A stretch of DNA of 64,000 nt from an uncultured virus (IMG/VR IMGVR_UViG_3300050509_000576). Its lineage: Duplodnaviria; Heunggongvirae; Uroviricota; Caudoviricetes. Below, in pieces: positions 38,452 through 48,494 of this stretch; the first letter of the stretch is position 1; each line of letters begins with the position of its first letter. A model generated the notes under the pieces. It searched no databases. It saw only the letters and a list, made by a program, of their open reading frames with translations, and was not told the origin of the DNA. The stretch lies in the IMG/VR virus record IMGVR_UViG_3300050509_000576, one strand, 5' to 3'. The position numbers and the translations under genes are program-made.

Positions 38452-39060
38452 ATGCAACGACACGGCATGCTGAGTCTGGGGCTGCTGCTGCTCTGGGCGG
38501 GCCAGGCCTGCGCTGGCGCCGCGACGACGCTGACCGAGGCGCAGTATCAGACGCTCAAAACCTATATCACGGCCACGGCGGTCAATGAGTTTGCCGCCGA
38601 TGTGGCCGCGGGGAATGACCAAAACATTGCGACGGCGATGAATCAACCCTTTACGCCGACCTTCCAGGTGTTTCGCACGTCCGTCGCGCGGCGCACGGTG
38701 CTCTTTGAAAAGTCGCCAGCCGGTACGAGCTTTCTCTTTGAAGGTAATGGCTACTTGACCTTAACCGTCCAGGAACTCATGACCTTCCATGACTTTTTTG
38801 ATGGTCCTGGGGCGTTCATGGATCCTTCTCTGCCTAACGTCCAGACCGGGCTGGATGCGATTTTTAAGCTGCCTGGCAATGCCACTAACAATCGCAACCA
38901 CATTAAGCAGCACTCGACGCGTGCCGTTACCCGCGCCGAGAAACTCTATGTCACCGGGACCAATGTAGGCACGGCCGCGGATCCGGGCACCCTCCAATGG
39001 GAGGGGCTACTCACCCATAACGACATTGCGCACGCGCTCCGGGGCATTCCGCTGAATTAG
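38452..39060 (+). CDS. Signal-peptide hypothetical protein
   Basis: MQRHGMLSLGLLLLWAGQACA. Confidence 0.65.
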   Translation: MQRHGMLSLGLLLLWAGQACAGAATTLTEAQYQTLKTYITATAVNEFAADVAAGNDQNIATAMNQPFTPTFQVFRTSVARRTVLFEKSPAGTSFLFEGNGYLTLTVQELMTFHDFFDGPGAFMDPSLPNVQTGLDAIFKLPGNATNNRNHIKQHSTRAVTRAEKLYVTGTNVGTAADPGTLQWEGLLTHNDIAHALRGIPLN

Positions 39061-39695
39061 GAGATTCGATGTTGCCTTTGTGGTGGCGTAGACAAGGTTC
39101 GCTCAACCGACCATCCTCTATAGAGGCGTGTTGCAAGTACGAGACGCGATATCCCTGTAATCTCGGCCCATTCCGTTGTACAAAGCGTACGGCCATTGTA
39201 CGTCAACAGTCGGTTTCTGCGCGTGTTGCGGGCCTGTTGCTTCGGTGTGGCCCATCGTGTGTTATGGGGGGCATATGGGCCATTCGTATCTGGAAAGCGG
39301 TCCAGGCTATGTTGGGGCGTTGGTCGCTTGCCCATGTCAGCAAAAAACTGCATAAACGATGTGCGCCACTGTTCACATACCGTAATGCCACGACCGCCGT
39401 ACTCAGGAAAGTCTTGAAATTGCGGACTCAAGCAGCGTCGACGCATGGTTTTCCAGTGCCGATATTCGGGGCTGTTCGTCATACCATGTCGTCGGTTTTT
39501 AGCGCCAGTGATTTCCTTGCGCTTGCAGCCACAACTGGCGGTGCGACCGTTACGCAGCAGTGTGCTCAGAATGAGCTTGCGCGTTCCACAGGCGCACAGA
39601 CACCACCATTGCGTTTGTTTGTTGCGGGCGTTTGGTCCGCGTTCAATGACGTGCAAGCGTCCAAACGGTTGTCCAGTGAGATCAATCAGCGGCAT
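39057..39695 (-). CDS. HNH homing endonuclease
   Basis: DLTG..FGRL, W.C.C.CG, SCGC, YGGRGI.VC..W, SLDR..NG.Y.P.N.RWAT. Confidence 0.9.
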   Translation of the reverse strand: MPLIDLTGQPFGRLHVIERGPNARNKQTQWWCLCACGTRKLILSTLLRNGRTASCGCKRKEITGAKNRRHGMTNSPEYRHWKTMRRRCLSPQFQDFPEYGGRGITVCEQWRTSFMQFFADMGKRPTPQHSLDRFPDTNGPYAPHNTRWATPKQQARNTRRNRLLTYNGRTLCTTEWAEITGISRLVLATRLYRGWSVERTLSTPPQRQHRIS

Positions 39696-39808
39696 GGTGC
39701 CTCCTTACAGGCAAAGGGGAGTTGGTCAGGCTCTCGACGGGTAAGGCCATCAAGACTTAGGCTAGCAAGGCAACCTGACCGCTCTATTGTACCAGAAAGG
39801 ATGGCCGC

Positions 39809-40324
39809 ATGAAAGAACATAAGGGCCGCATCGCGGCATGGATACTCGTGGTACTGCTCCTCTGGGCCTCGCCGCTCTGGGCAGCAGCGACCTTTGTGTG
39901 GCTTCGGGGCGCCATCGACACCTGGATTAGCAATAATACGAACGTGACGAGTGGCAGTCGTATTCTCTCGGCGGCCATTACGCTGACGAGTGCGAACTAC
40001 ACCCGCGCGGACTGTGAGCTCAACGTCCCGAGTTGGAGCACGACCGTCACCGCGAACACGGCGGTGGTCGTCTGGCTGATTCGCCAAGCCGACGGCACCA
40101 ACTACGAAGATGGCGATGCGTCGAACGATCCGGGCCGTATCCCGGATATGGTGTTTCCGCTGCGCAACGTGAGCAGCGCACAGCGCGTCATGATTCCGAA
40201 CATTGAGTTGCCACGGGGGCTCTTTAAGGCCCTCCTCAAAAACGAGGGCACCGGCGCCACCATGCAGGGTGCGACCACGGTCTGGACGCTCAAATGTACG
40301 CCCTATATCTTGCAATCACCCTAA
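39809..40324 (+). CDS. Signal-peptide hypothetical protein
   Basis: Hydrophobic N-terminus; DGTNYEDG motif. Confidence 0.65.
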   Translation: MKEHKGRIAAWILVVLLLWASPLWAAATFVWLRGAIDTWISNNTNVTSGSRILSAAITLTSANYTRADCELNVPSWSTTVTANTAVVVWLIRQADGTNYEDGDASNDPGRIPDMVFPLRNVSSAQRVMIPNIELPRGLFKALLKNEGTGATMQGATTVWTLKCTPYILQSP

Positions 40325-41136
40325 GCCTCAGCCTGCTCGTTACCGCCGTGCCGGCGCAGCCGGTGGTCGATCGCACGGCGCCGACCGCCCGCGGCCTCCT
40401 CGGCTGGTGGCGGGTCATGCCGGGCGTGAGTGGCGGCCCCTTCTGGTACAACCTCATGGGGCCGGCCAGGGGCACGCTCGTCAACATGAGCGCCGGCCTC
40501 GGCTGGGCCTCCACCACGCGGCCCGGGGGGCAGGGGGAGATGCGCTTGAATGGCACCAATACGCGTGTCACGTTTCCGGCGAATGCAGCCCTGGAACCGC
40601 CCGAATTTACCATCACGCTCTGGGTGAAGGTGGCGAGTGTGGGCGTCGATTACAGCGTCCTGTGGGGGCTCAATGCGGGGGGGGGCGCGGTGCGGGAAGT
40701 GATGCTCGACACGAGTGGTCGCCTGGCCGTCTATCTGCAGACGTCGGGCGGGCTGGTCAGCTTCGATCCGGCCGCGACCGCGCTGGCGCTCGGCGTGTGG
40801 ACGCACGTGGCGGTCTCCTATAGCCAGGCAGACGGCCTACGCGGCTTTGTCAACTGCACGCCCGATGCGACGACGGCCGGCACGGGCACCATGAGCGTGA
40901 CCAATTCGGCAGGCGCGTTCGGGATGAATCCCAACTCGCTCAATCGCTTTTTTGCCGGGGCCATGGATGATGTGCGGCTCTATAACCGGGTCGTGCCGCG
41001 CGCCGCCCTCTGTACGATGATGCGGGACGCCCAACGCGGCGAGCCGACGCTGCTGCGGCCGTCCGCGCTGACCCTGGGTGTCCTCGCGCCGTCAGGGGCT
41101 GGCGGCCGGTTCTTTCCCTTCTTCGGCACACCGTAA
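40294..41136 (+). CDS. LamG/concanavalin-A-like domain protein with signal peptide
   Basis: FTITLWVK, WTHVAVSY, F.G.MDDVRLYNR. Confidence 0.85.
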   Translation: MYALYLAITLSLSLLVTAVPAQPVVDRTAPTARGLLGWWRVMPGVSGGPFWYNLMGPARGTLVNMSAGLGWASTTRPGGQGEMRLNGTNTRVTFPANAALEPPEFTITLWVKVASVGVDYSVLWGLNAGGGAVREVMLDTSGRLAVYLQTSGGLVSFDPAATALALGVWTHVAVSYSQADGLRGFVNCTPDATTAGTGTMSVTNSAGAFGMNPNSLNRFFAGAMDDVRLYNRVVPRAALCTMMRDAQRGEPTLLRPSALTLGVLAPSGAGGRFFPFFGTP

Positions 41137-41149
41137 CAAAGGATACCCT

Positions 41150-44100
41150 ATGCTTTGGCTTACCCTTACCCTTCTCTTCAGCCTGGTATTACCCACCACT
41201 GTGCGTGCCGCAGAATACTATGCGTCAACAGGAGGAAGTGGTAGTACGTGTTCCATAGGCTCTCCATGTACCATTCCTGGTGGTATTGCCAAGCTGAGTG
41301 GTGGCGACACGCTCCACATTCGGGGTGGCGATTACAGTGACCTCGAAATTGGCAACGCTATCCCAAGCGGCTCGGCAGGTGCACGAACACTCATTACAGG
41401 ATACCAAGCTGAGACGGTCAACTTGCTTCGTAGTAAGATCACCATGGACGGCTCATCCAGTAATCAGTATATTACCTTTCAAAACTTCAACATTGACTGC
41501 CAAACGACGAATTGTTGGATTCGTCTCGTCAATCCCGTCAATAACATTCGCTTCAATCATGTCAACATCGGCAATAGCACGACCAGCAGTACCGGCGCCG
41601 GGATGATTACCGGCAATGCGGCCTATATTGAATATCTCCACATGAAGATTTACAACGCTGGTGCAGGGAACTGTTCCACGTATGCCAACCAAGGGTGTTA
41701 TGGCTTCTATGTCAATGGGCACCATCTCTTGTTCGATGACATTGAGGTGTATGATCATGGCGGCACGGGGCTGGTCATCTATCATTCTGGATTCACGGAT
41801 GTGCACGATAATGTCGTCAGGAACAGTAAGTTTTATAACAATGGCTATAACGATGCCCGTGGATACGCCGGCAATGGTTTTATCCTCACCTCTGGTGACA
41901 ATAACGTCGCCTATAACAATGTGTTGTGGGGGAATAACGGCACAGCTATTTCTGTCAACTATAGTTGCAACAACTGTGCCGTCTACAATAATACCGTCGT
42001 GAGCAATGGGACCACGGGGAATGGCTATGGCATTGAGGTGGATAATAGCTCCGGGGTGATCGTCCGGAACAACATCTCGTACAAGAATGGCAATGGGTCC
42101 GTCGGACAGCAACTGGTCGATTGGGCGGGCAATCTCACGCAGGACCATAACCTCCTGGCGACGAATCCCAACTTTAGCAACGAGGGGGGGCATGACTATA
42201 CGCTCCAGCCCGGGAGCCCGGCCATTGATCAGGGCGTCGCGGTCGCCATGGTCACCACGGACCAGGCGGGCACGGCTCGCCCCCAACCGCCGAGCGGCGC
42301 CTACGATATTGGCGCCTATGAGCGGGCGCAAGGCACGCCGCCCCCCGTCACCCTCACGGCGTATTATACCGATAAGAATGGGCTGGGGGGGCCGTGTAAC
42401 AACAGTAACAGTGGAGCCATTAACAGCCCTGTCTGTACGATTCAAGCAGGGATTGGCAAGCTGACGGCCGGGAGCACCCTCTATATTCGCGCCGGCACGT
42501 ACAATGAAACCATCAATCCAGCGGCCTATACCTTACCCACAGGCACCGCGGCGAACCCCATCGTGATTGCCGGGTATCAAAGTGAAGTGGTCACCATCAC
42601 CAATGGTATCATTCTCCAAGACAATGTGAACAGCTCCATTGTGGCGTACCTCATCTTTGACCATTTGACCGTTCGCAATAATGGTGACCCTGCTTTCCGC
42701 ATCGCTGGCAATTCCCACCACATTAAGATTCAGAATAGCGACCTCCAAACCTTTGCGACCTCCCAAACCCAGCAGAATGCTCCCAACGTCGTGCAGATCA
42801 CGCAGACAGCGTGGTACAACGAAGTCATCAACTGTGACGTGCATGATGCACCAGTCTCCTTTGACCTTGGTGTCACCCTTGGCCACTATGGATTCTATGT
42901 CGGTGGCCAGTACAATACCTATGATGGCAACCGCATCTACAATAATACGGGGTATGGCATCAACTTATTCCAGTCAGGGAGCTCACAAGTTAGCAACAAT
43001 ATCGTTCGGAACAATACCCTCTATGGCAACTGCTACGATGATGGCAATAGACGCAATAGTGCTAACGCCATTATTATTGGCTCTGGATCTGACAATCAGC
43101 TCTACAATAATGTGATTTATAACAACACGTGTACTGGGGCTGGTGCTGCCGTGTCCATAGGCTATACCAATGGTGGGACCAACAATCAGGTCTACAATAA
43201 CACCATTTACAATAACAATGGCCCCGGTATCCAGATTGATGCGACCGCCCCCGGCACCATCGTGAAAAATAATATCATCTATAACAACGGCGGTCCCCCC
43301 ATTCAAGATGACGCGAGTAACACCGACAAATCCCATAATCTCACGACGAACCCCCTGTTTCGGGATGCCGGCGCGGGGGACTTTCAACTCCAGCCACAGT
43401 CTGACGCCATTAATACCGGGACCCCGTTAGCCGCGGTGCCTACCGATAAGGCGGGGGTCACCCGTCCCCAACCGGCGAACGGCAACTATGATATTGGCGC
43501 CTATGAGTTTGTGCAGGGCGGACCGACACCTCCCTCCGGCAATCCCATCTATGTCCGGAAAACGGTGGGCAGTCCGAGCAATGACTGTAGCGCCGCGGAA
43601 AACCCCGCGACCGCCAAACAAACTATCGCGGATGCCTGCCAGTGCATGTCCATTCCCGGCAAAGTCATGCTGATTGAGGGCAACGGCAATGTGTACGCCG
43701 AAGAACTCGATACGCTCACCTGTCCCCTGACCGGGGGCAATGGGCCCTCCTATGATACGGCGACCCGACTGGAAGGCTACGGGACGACCCTCCCGATCCT
43801 ACAGTCCCCGGTCGCGACCAGCGGCATTACCCTCTATCTGCGCAGCACGCAGGATCACTACCTGCATTTTAAAAAGCTCGTGGTGGATGCGGCCTTCCGG
43901 GCCGGGAACGCGCTCATTGTGAATAGTACGGCGCACCATGTGCGCTTTGAGCAAGTCTCGTTCACCGGCAGCCCGTTTGAAAATGCGCTCCTGATTGGGG
44001 CCTCCAACATTGAGATGATTGACGTCTTTTCGAGCGGCGCGGGTACCAATGGTCTGGGGCTGGCGCAGGGCTTTACGAACTTTCTGTGCCACCGCTGCCA

Positions 44101-45865
44101 TTTGTTTAGCAATGGGGCCAAGGGCCTGGAGGTGCGCGACGCCGGGACGCGGACCAACATTACCGTGCGGGAAAGCGAAAGTCGCAACAATACCGGGGAC
44201 GGCGTGGACCTGGGGGCCAGTACGGGGACGCTCCTGCAAAATCTCCTCGTGCACTCCAACGGCGGCATGGGCATTCGGGTCCGGGGAGGGTCGCAGAGTA
44301 CCCGCGTCTATAACAGTACGGTCTATAGTAATACCGGCAACGGCATTCAGTGTGATGCGCCGGCGACCAGTACCGAGATTACCAATAATATTGCGTACAA
44401 TAATGCCGGGGGTGGGGCCAATAACATTGTCAATAATTGTACGGCGAACGTCTCCACGAATCTCACGACGAACCCCCTGTTTGTGAATCCCCCGACGGAT
44501 CTCAAGCTCCAGGACGGCTCGGAGGGGATTAACCGGGGGACGAATCTGCCCAGCGTCACCGTGGACTATGACGGCAACCCGCGCCCGCTCGGGCCGTACG
44601 ATATCGGGGCCTATGAGCGCGATCAGGGGACCCCGCAGCTGCCGCCCGGGCCCGGCATTCTGCGGGTCTCCACGACCAACCGGCGCTATATGGAAAATCC
44701 CGCGGGCGAGCTCGTCTATCTCACGGGCGCCTACTCCTGGAACTTTGCCTCCACGATGCCCGATGCCGAGGTGACGGCGTATCTCAATTATGTGGTCGCG
44801 CATAACCAGAATTACATCCGGGCCCCCAGTCAGGACTATAGTGGCACCGCCCAAAGTACGACCTACTTTACCACCCTCGCCGCCCGCGTCCAGCAGGCGG
44901 CGTCCCTGGGGATTTATGTGGGGGTGAACATCTTTCCCTTGACCGCGGCGCCCTTTAATAGCCAAAGCTTTAACGACGCGTATGCGCGCGCCCTCGTCCG
45001 TGCGGTGGGGAGTCAGCCCAATGTCCTCTACGAAATCGGCAATGAACTCAATACCGTCGCCTTGGATGGGGGGACCATCGGCGCGTTTGTCGCCAGTATG
45101 GTGACCGCGATCAACAATGAACAAGCGCTGCAAGGGTTTGCGCCCCGCCGTATGGTGGGCATCAGTGACTTCTTGGGCGAAGGGGTGATTGCGGTGTCGT
45201 CCCCGATCGTGACGTTTCTCCTCAACAGCAGCGCCGACTTTATTGGGCCGGGCTTTAGTGCCGTGGGGACCGATGCCTGTGATCCCCTGCCGGATTATGC
45301 CGGGCAAAAGGTCATTATCGTGGATTCTGACCATATTACCCCGTACCACTGCGACCATACCTGGGTCTGGAAAAGCCTCATGCTGGGGGCCAATCCGTCC
45401 ATCCTCGATGGCAATGCGTTTTACCCCGATAAGGTGGTGCCGGATAATCCGGACGATACCGTCGGGGCCGCCCTGACCTTTGATGCGCAAGAGCGCATGG
45501 GGGATACCCGAACCTACGCGCTCAAACTGCGGCTCGGCCAGGCCGTCCCGCATCCGGAGCTCGCCTCGACGGGCTATGCGCTGGCCTGGCCGAACAACGA
45601 ATACCTCGTGTATCAGCCGACGACCGGCGCCTTTACCGTGCAACTCCCCGCGGGGCCCTATACCGTCGAATGGTTTGATCCCACGGCCCGCACGACCACG
45701 ACCACGACCACGACGGTCGCCAGCGCGGGCGCGATCAGCTTTACGAGTCCGCTCGATCCCTCGCATGATGCCGTGCTGTTCCTCAAGACCGGGACGGCGC
45801 CGCCGCCGGAGCCGGACGTAACGGCCTTCCAGCAGGATGGTACGCAGGCTGAGAGCTTTTTTTAA
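41150..45865 (+). CDS. Large secreted protein: three parallel beta-helix modules plus a glycoside-hydrolase-like C-terminus
   Basis: Signal peptide; NN..YNN repeats, each module ending D..G..RP....YDIGAYE; NVLYEIGNE; Y.VEWFDP. Confidence 0.8.
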   Translation: MLWLTLTLLFSLVLPTTVRAAEYYASTGGSGSTCSIGSPCTIPGGIAKLSGGDTLHIRGGDYSDLEIGNAIPSGSAGARTLITGYQAETVNLLRSKITMDGSSSNQYITFQNFNIDCQTTNCWIRLVNPVNNIRFNHVNIGNSTTSSTGAGMITGNAAYIEYLHMKIYNAGAGNCSTYANQGCYGFYVNGHHLLFDDIEVYDHGGTGLVIYHSGFTDVHDNVVRNSKFYNNGYNDARGYAGNGFILTSGDNNVAYNNVLWGNNGTAISVNYSCNNCAVYNNTVVSNGTTGNGYGIEVDNSSGVIVRNNISYKNGNGSVGQQLVDWAGNLTQDHNLLATNPNFSNEGGHDYTLQPGSPAIDQGVAVAMVTTDQAGTARPQPPSGAYDIGAYERAQGTPPPVTLTAYYTDKNGLGGPCNNSNSGAINSPVCTIQAGIGKLTAGSTLYIRAGTYNETINPAAYTLPTGTAANPIVIAGYQSEVVTITNGIILQDNVNSSIVAYLIFDHLTVRNNGDPAFRIAGNSHHIKIQNSDLQTFATSQTQQNAPNVVQITQTAWYNEVINCDVHDAPVSFDLGVTLGHYGFYVGGQYNTYDGNRIYNNTGYGINLFQSGSSQVSNNIVRNNTLYGNCYDDGNRRNSANAIIIGSGSDNQLYNNVIYNNTCTGAGAAVSIGYTNGGTNNQVYNNTIYNNNGPGIQIDATAPGTIVKNNIIYNNGGPPIQDDASNTDKSHNLTTNPLFRDAGAGDFQLQPQSDAINTGTPLAAVPTDKAGVTRPQPANGNYDIGAYEFVQGGPTPPSGNPIYVRKTVGSPSNDCSAAENPATAKQTIADACQCMSIPGKVMLIEGNGNVYAEELDTLTCPLTGGNGPSYDTATRLEGYGTTLPILQSPVATSGITLYLRSTQDHYLHFKKLVVDAAFRAGNALIVNSTAHHVRFEQVSFTGSPFENALLIGASNIEMIDVFSSGAGTNGLGLAQGFTNFLCHRCHLFSNGAKGLEVRDAGTRTNITVRESESRNNTGDGVDLGASTGTLLQNLLVHSNGGMGIRVRGGSQSTRVYNSTVYSNTGNGIQCDAPATSTEITNNIAYNNAGGGANNIVNNCTANVSTNLTTNPLFVNPPTDLKLQDGSEGINRGTNLPSVTVDYDGNPRPLGPYDIGAYERDQGTPQLPPGPGILRVSTTNRRYMENPAGELVYLTGAYSWNFASTMPDAEVTAYLNYVVAHNQNYIRAPSQDYSGTAQSTTYFTTLAARVQQAASLGIYVGVNIFPLTAAPFNSQSFNDAYARALVRAVGSQPNVLYEIGNELNTVALDGGTIGAFVASMVTAINNEQALQGFAPRRMVGISDFLGEGVIAVSSPIVTFLLNSSADFIGPGFSAVGTDACDPLPDYAGQKVIIVDSDHITPYHCDHTWVWKSLMLGANPSILDGNAFYPDKVVPDNPDDTVGAALTFDAQERMGDTRTYALKLRLGQAVPHPELASTGYALAWPNNEYLVYQPTTGAFTVQLPAGPYTVEWFDPTARTTTTTTTTVASAGAISFTSPLDPSHDAVLFLKTGTAPPPEPDVTAFQQDGTQAESFF

Positions 45866-45877
45866 GCGGGGTCCCCG

Positions 45878-46330
45878 ATGGCGACACAACCTCCCGTCCC
45901 TCCTGCGCGCAACGGCGAGAGCATCAATTTGGCGATTGGGGGTAAGAGCATTGGCATCCAAGCCGGCAACCTGATCCCGATTCTCCTCTTGCTCGGGGGC
46001 ATCGTGGGCGGCTACCTCATTTTCATTGCCCTCGATCGCCGCATTACGAGCCTCATCGAGGGCCAGGAGCGGGTGTTGACTGCCACCGCCACCTACCGGG
46101 TGGCCCTCCAGGACGCGCTGGCACATCAGCAAGCGACGATTGTGGAGCACGCGACGCAGGCCGAGGCGCTCCTTCTCGCCATGGATCAGGCCCACAAGCT
46201 GGCAGCGACGCAGGCCATTGTCGCGGTGCAGGCCATGCTGCGGACGCATGAATACAATCAGTTCCAGGAGCCGAATCAGCGCGTGCCGCTCGATCTCCCC
46301 CTGGAGATCTTCGGCAAGCCCAAGCCCTAG
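45878..46330 (+). CDS. Single-TM membrane protein (possible lysis protein)
   Basis: One TM segment plus coiled coil; paralog of the next gene. Confidence 0.55.
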   Translation: MATQPPVPPARNGESINLAIGGKSIGIQAGNLIPILLLLGGIVGGYLIFIALDRRITSLIEGQERVLTATATYRVALQDALAHQQATIVEHATQAEALLLAMDQAHKLAATQAIVAVQAMLRTHEYNQFQEPNQRVPLDLPLEIFGKPKP

Positions 46331-46338
46331 GAGACGCC

Positions 46339-46848
46339 GTGGCGGACGATATTCAGGTGCAGAGCCAGGGCAGCGGCGGCAACGGTTTTAGCGTCGATCT
46401 CAAGCAGCGCAGCTTAGGGATTACCGGCCCTATCGTCATTCCGGTGATCTGCCTCCTCTTGCTGGGGGTCATGGGGTGGATACGGACCAAAGACCTCAAC
46501 GAGAACCTGAAGGCCTTGGGGGCACGGCAAGAGCAAATCCGCACGGAACTCCGGGAGCAAAATGCCCTGGTGGCGGCCCAGACGGAAGCCTTACGGGGCG
46601 AGTTGCGAGAACAAAACGTCCTCGTGCATGCCCAAAGTGAGGAGTTTCGCAATGAGTTCCGTCTCCAAAACCGCACCATGGCGGACCAGGCGGTGACCGC
46701 GCAGCAGGCCCTGGCGGTGCAGATGCAAGGCGTGGCCGAGCGCCTCAGTATTCTGTCCTATAATCTCGGCAGACCCCCCGAGGAGCGCTTACCCCTTGAG
46801 GTCTCGCCGAGTCATATACCCCAGCCACCGCCAGAGCGCGGACGCTAG
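46339..46848 (+). CDS. Single-TM coiled-coil membrane protein
   Basis: Shares S.GI....IP..LLL and R.PL motifs with the previous gene. Confidence 0.55.
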   Translation: MADDIQVQSQGSGGNGFSVDLKQRSLGITGPIVIPVICLLLLGVMGWIRTKDLNENLKALGARQEQIRTELREQNALVAAQTEALRGELREQNVLVHAQSEEFRNEFRLQNRTMADQAVTAQQALAVQMQGVAERLSILSYNLGRPPEERLPLEVSPSHIPQPPPERGR

Positions 46849-46859
46849 GAGGAGATGTC

Positions 46860-47030
46860 ATGAACCCGCCCAGAGACGCGCAACAATCGCGCTGCCCGTC
46901 CTGTCAGCAGACGGTCGAGACGGCCCTCCTCCGCCCGACCCTCGACGGGACGGTGCTGCTGTGTACCTGCCCGCATTGCGGATCGGTATGGGGCGCGTGG
47001 CCCCTGCCGGTGCGTGGGGAGAGGCCGTAA
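46860..47030 (+). CDS. Small zinc-ribbon protein (56 aa, not in the ORF track)
   Basis: AGGAGGAG RBS; CPSC...CPHC. Confidence 0.6.
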   Translation: MNPPRDAQQSRCPSCQQTVETALLRPTLDGTVLLCTCPHCGSVWGAWPLPVRGERP

Positions 47031-47179
47031 TGGTGCTCGTGCTCATTGTCATACTCATCGTGGTGCTCCTCGGAGGCCTCCCCAACTGGGGGTATCATTC
47101 GTGGGGATGGGGACCGTCTGGGATTGTCGGGGTGCTCCTCGTGGTCCTCGTGGTCTTGCTGCTCATGGGGCGTCTCTAG
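47030..47179 (+). CDS. DUF3309-like small membrane protein
   Basis: LLGGLP.W...SWG.GPSG..G.LL...LLLMGRL. Confidence 0.8.
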   Translation: MVLVLIVILIVVLLGGLPNWGYHSWGWGPSGIVGVLLVVLVVLLLMGRL

Positions 47180-47426
47180 GACGGGAGCGCGGGATGAGGG
47201 CCTGCGCGGCCTGCATGAGCGGTTGCTGCAAGGCGGCGCGAATCTCCCGGAACGCCTCGGCCGGGTGAGCACTTTGCAGGGCTTCAAGCCAGGCGTCTTC
47301 CACCAGCGGGTCTCGACTCCAGGCATCATAGAGGACCGCAAGGAGCACGGCACGGGTGGCCTCGGGAAGACGGTGAAACTCTTCCTCGGTGACATCGAGC
47401 AACGACAACAATAAACTGGAAGCCAT
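47163..47426 (-). CDS. Hypothetical protein
   Basis: GGAGG RBS. Confidence 0.45.
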   Translation of the reverse strand: MASSLLLSLLDVTEEEFHRLPEATRAVLLAVLYDAWSRDPLVEDAWLEALQSAHPAEAFREIRAALQQPLMQAAQALIPRSRPRDAP

Positions 47427-47438
47427 ATCTGCCCTCCG

Positions 47439-47870
47439 CTACAGGATGTTGAGGGTCGTGGCCCTGGTTGCAAGCAGCGTCTGTAAGCGCGTGAGCAGCT
47501 CAGGAAACCGGGACGGATCATCCAGGACCGCTGCAGCAAGCCAACTCGTGTCCCGATCGTATTTGAGTGCCCACAGGAGCGCTTCGCCTAAAGCGCGCTG
47601 CGTGTCGGGGGGCAGCGCGGCTTGCTCATCCTCGCGCAGGAGTAGTAAGTGGCCGGCCGCTTCGGCGGCCTCGGTGAGGGCATAGGAGGCTTTGCCTAGC
47701 GCTGCGGCAGGTGGCACGAGGCGCGGAGCCAGTGTGAGCAGCGGCGCGGCCAGGGCATACGCGAGTACGGTGCGCCGACTCGGGCGCAAACATCCCTCTT
47801 CCATACGATCCTCTTCCATACGATTCCTTTGCCTTGACGTGGCAGGAGTGCCGTGGCAGAATAGCACCAT
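47439..47870 (-). CDS. Hypothetical protein (start uncertain; Tat-like RR motif)
   Basis: SRRTVL followed by a hydrophobic stretch. Confidence 0.45.
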   Translation of the reverse strand: MVLFCHGTPATSRQRNRMEEDRMEEGCLRPSRRTVLAYALAAPLLTLAPRLVPPAAALGKASYALTEAAEAAGHLLLLREDEQAALPPDTQRALGEALLWALKYDRDTSWLAAAVLDDPSRFPELLTRLQTLLATRATTLNIL

Positions 47871-47908
47871 ATCGTTAGGCTAGTATAGCGCTTTTCTGGA
47901 GCATGCTC

Positions 47909-48124
47909 ATGAAAAAAGTGTCGGTCTATCTCGATGACGACCTCTGGCACTGCCTGCGGCTGGGCTGTGTGCAGCGGCAGATCTCGGCCAGTGCGCAGGT
48001 GAGCCAACTGGTAAGCGACCTGCTCGCCCGGTGGCAGCACGAGCGGCCGGACCTCCCTCCCTTTGGGACGGCCGAACTACCGACCCCCATACCTGACACG
48101 AGAAAGGACCGACGCCATGCCTGA
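47909..48124 (+). CDS. Ribbon-helix-helix-like regulator
   Basis: MKKVSVYLDDDLW..LR....S.S..V..L. Confidence 0.7.
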   Translation: MKKVSVYLDDDLWHCLRLGCVQRQISASAQVSQLVSDLLARWQHERPDLPPFGTAELPTPIPDTRKDRRHA

Positions 48125-48494
48125 ACTCCTCCCGTTCCATTTTGGCAACCATGAAGTCCGCGTCGAGGTGGATAGCCACAACGATCCATGGTGGGTTGCG
48201 AAAGATGTCTGTGACATCTTAGGGCTCGACCAGATCAATCGTGTCATGGCGCGCCTGAAGCCGGCAGAAAAGGGGGATACTCGAATTATGACCCCTGGCG
48301 GCATACAGACCATGCGGACCGTGAATGAGTCCGGGCTCTATCGCCTTATTTTTCGTAGCGACAAACCGGAAGCTGCACGTTTTCAATCGTGGGTCTTTGA
48401 GGAGGTATTGCCCCAAATCCGCAAGACTGGCACGTATGCAGCCCCGGCGGTCCCCCAGGTGAAAAATCCTGCCCATCAGCTGCTCATTGATACC
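48117..48494 (+). pseudogene. BRO-N antirepressor interrupted by an IS-like element
   Basis: PWWVAKDVC.ILGL, VNESGLY.LIFRS.KPEA..FQ.WV..EVLP.IRKTG.Y; element begins at 48495. Confidence 0.8.

Noticed and set aside
43799..46249. Long antisense ORFs (e.g. 816 aa here, 485 aa at 29240-30697)
   Set aside because: Shadow frames of GC-rich genes whose plus-strand products have clear domains
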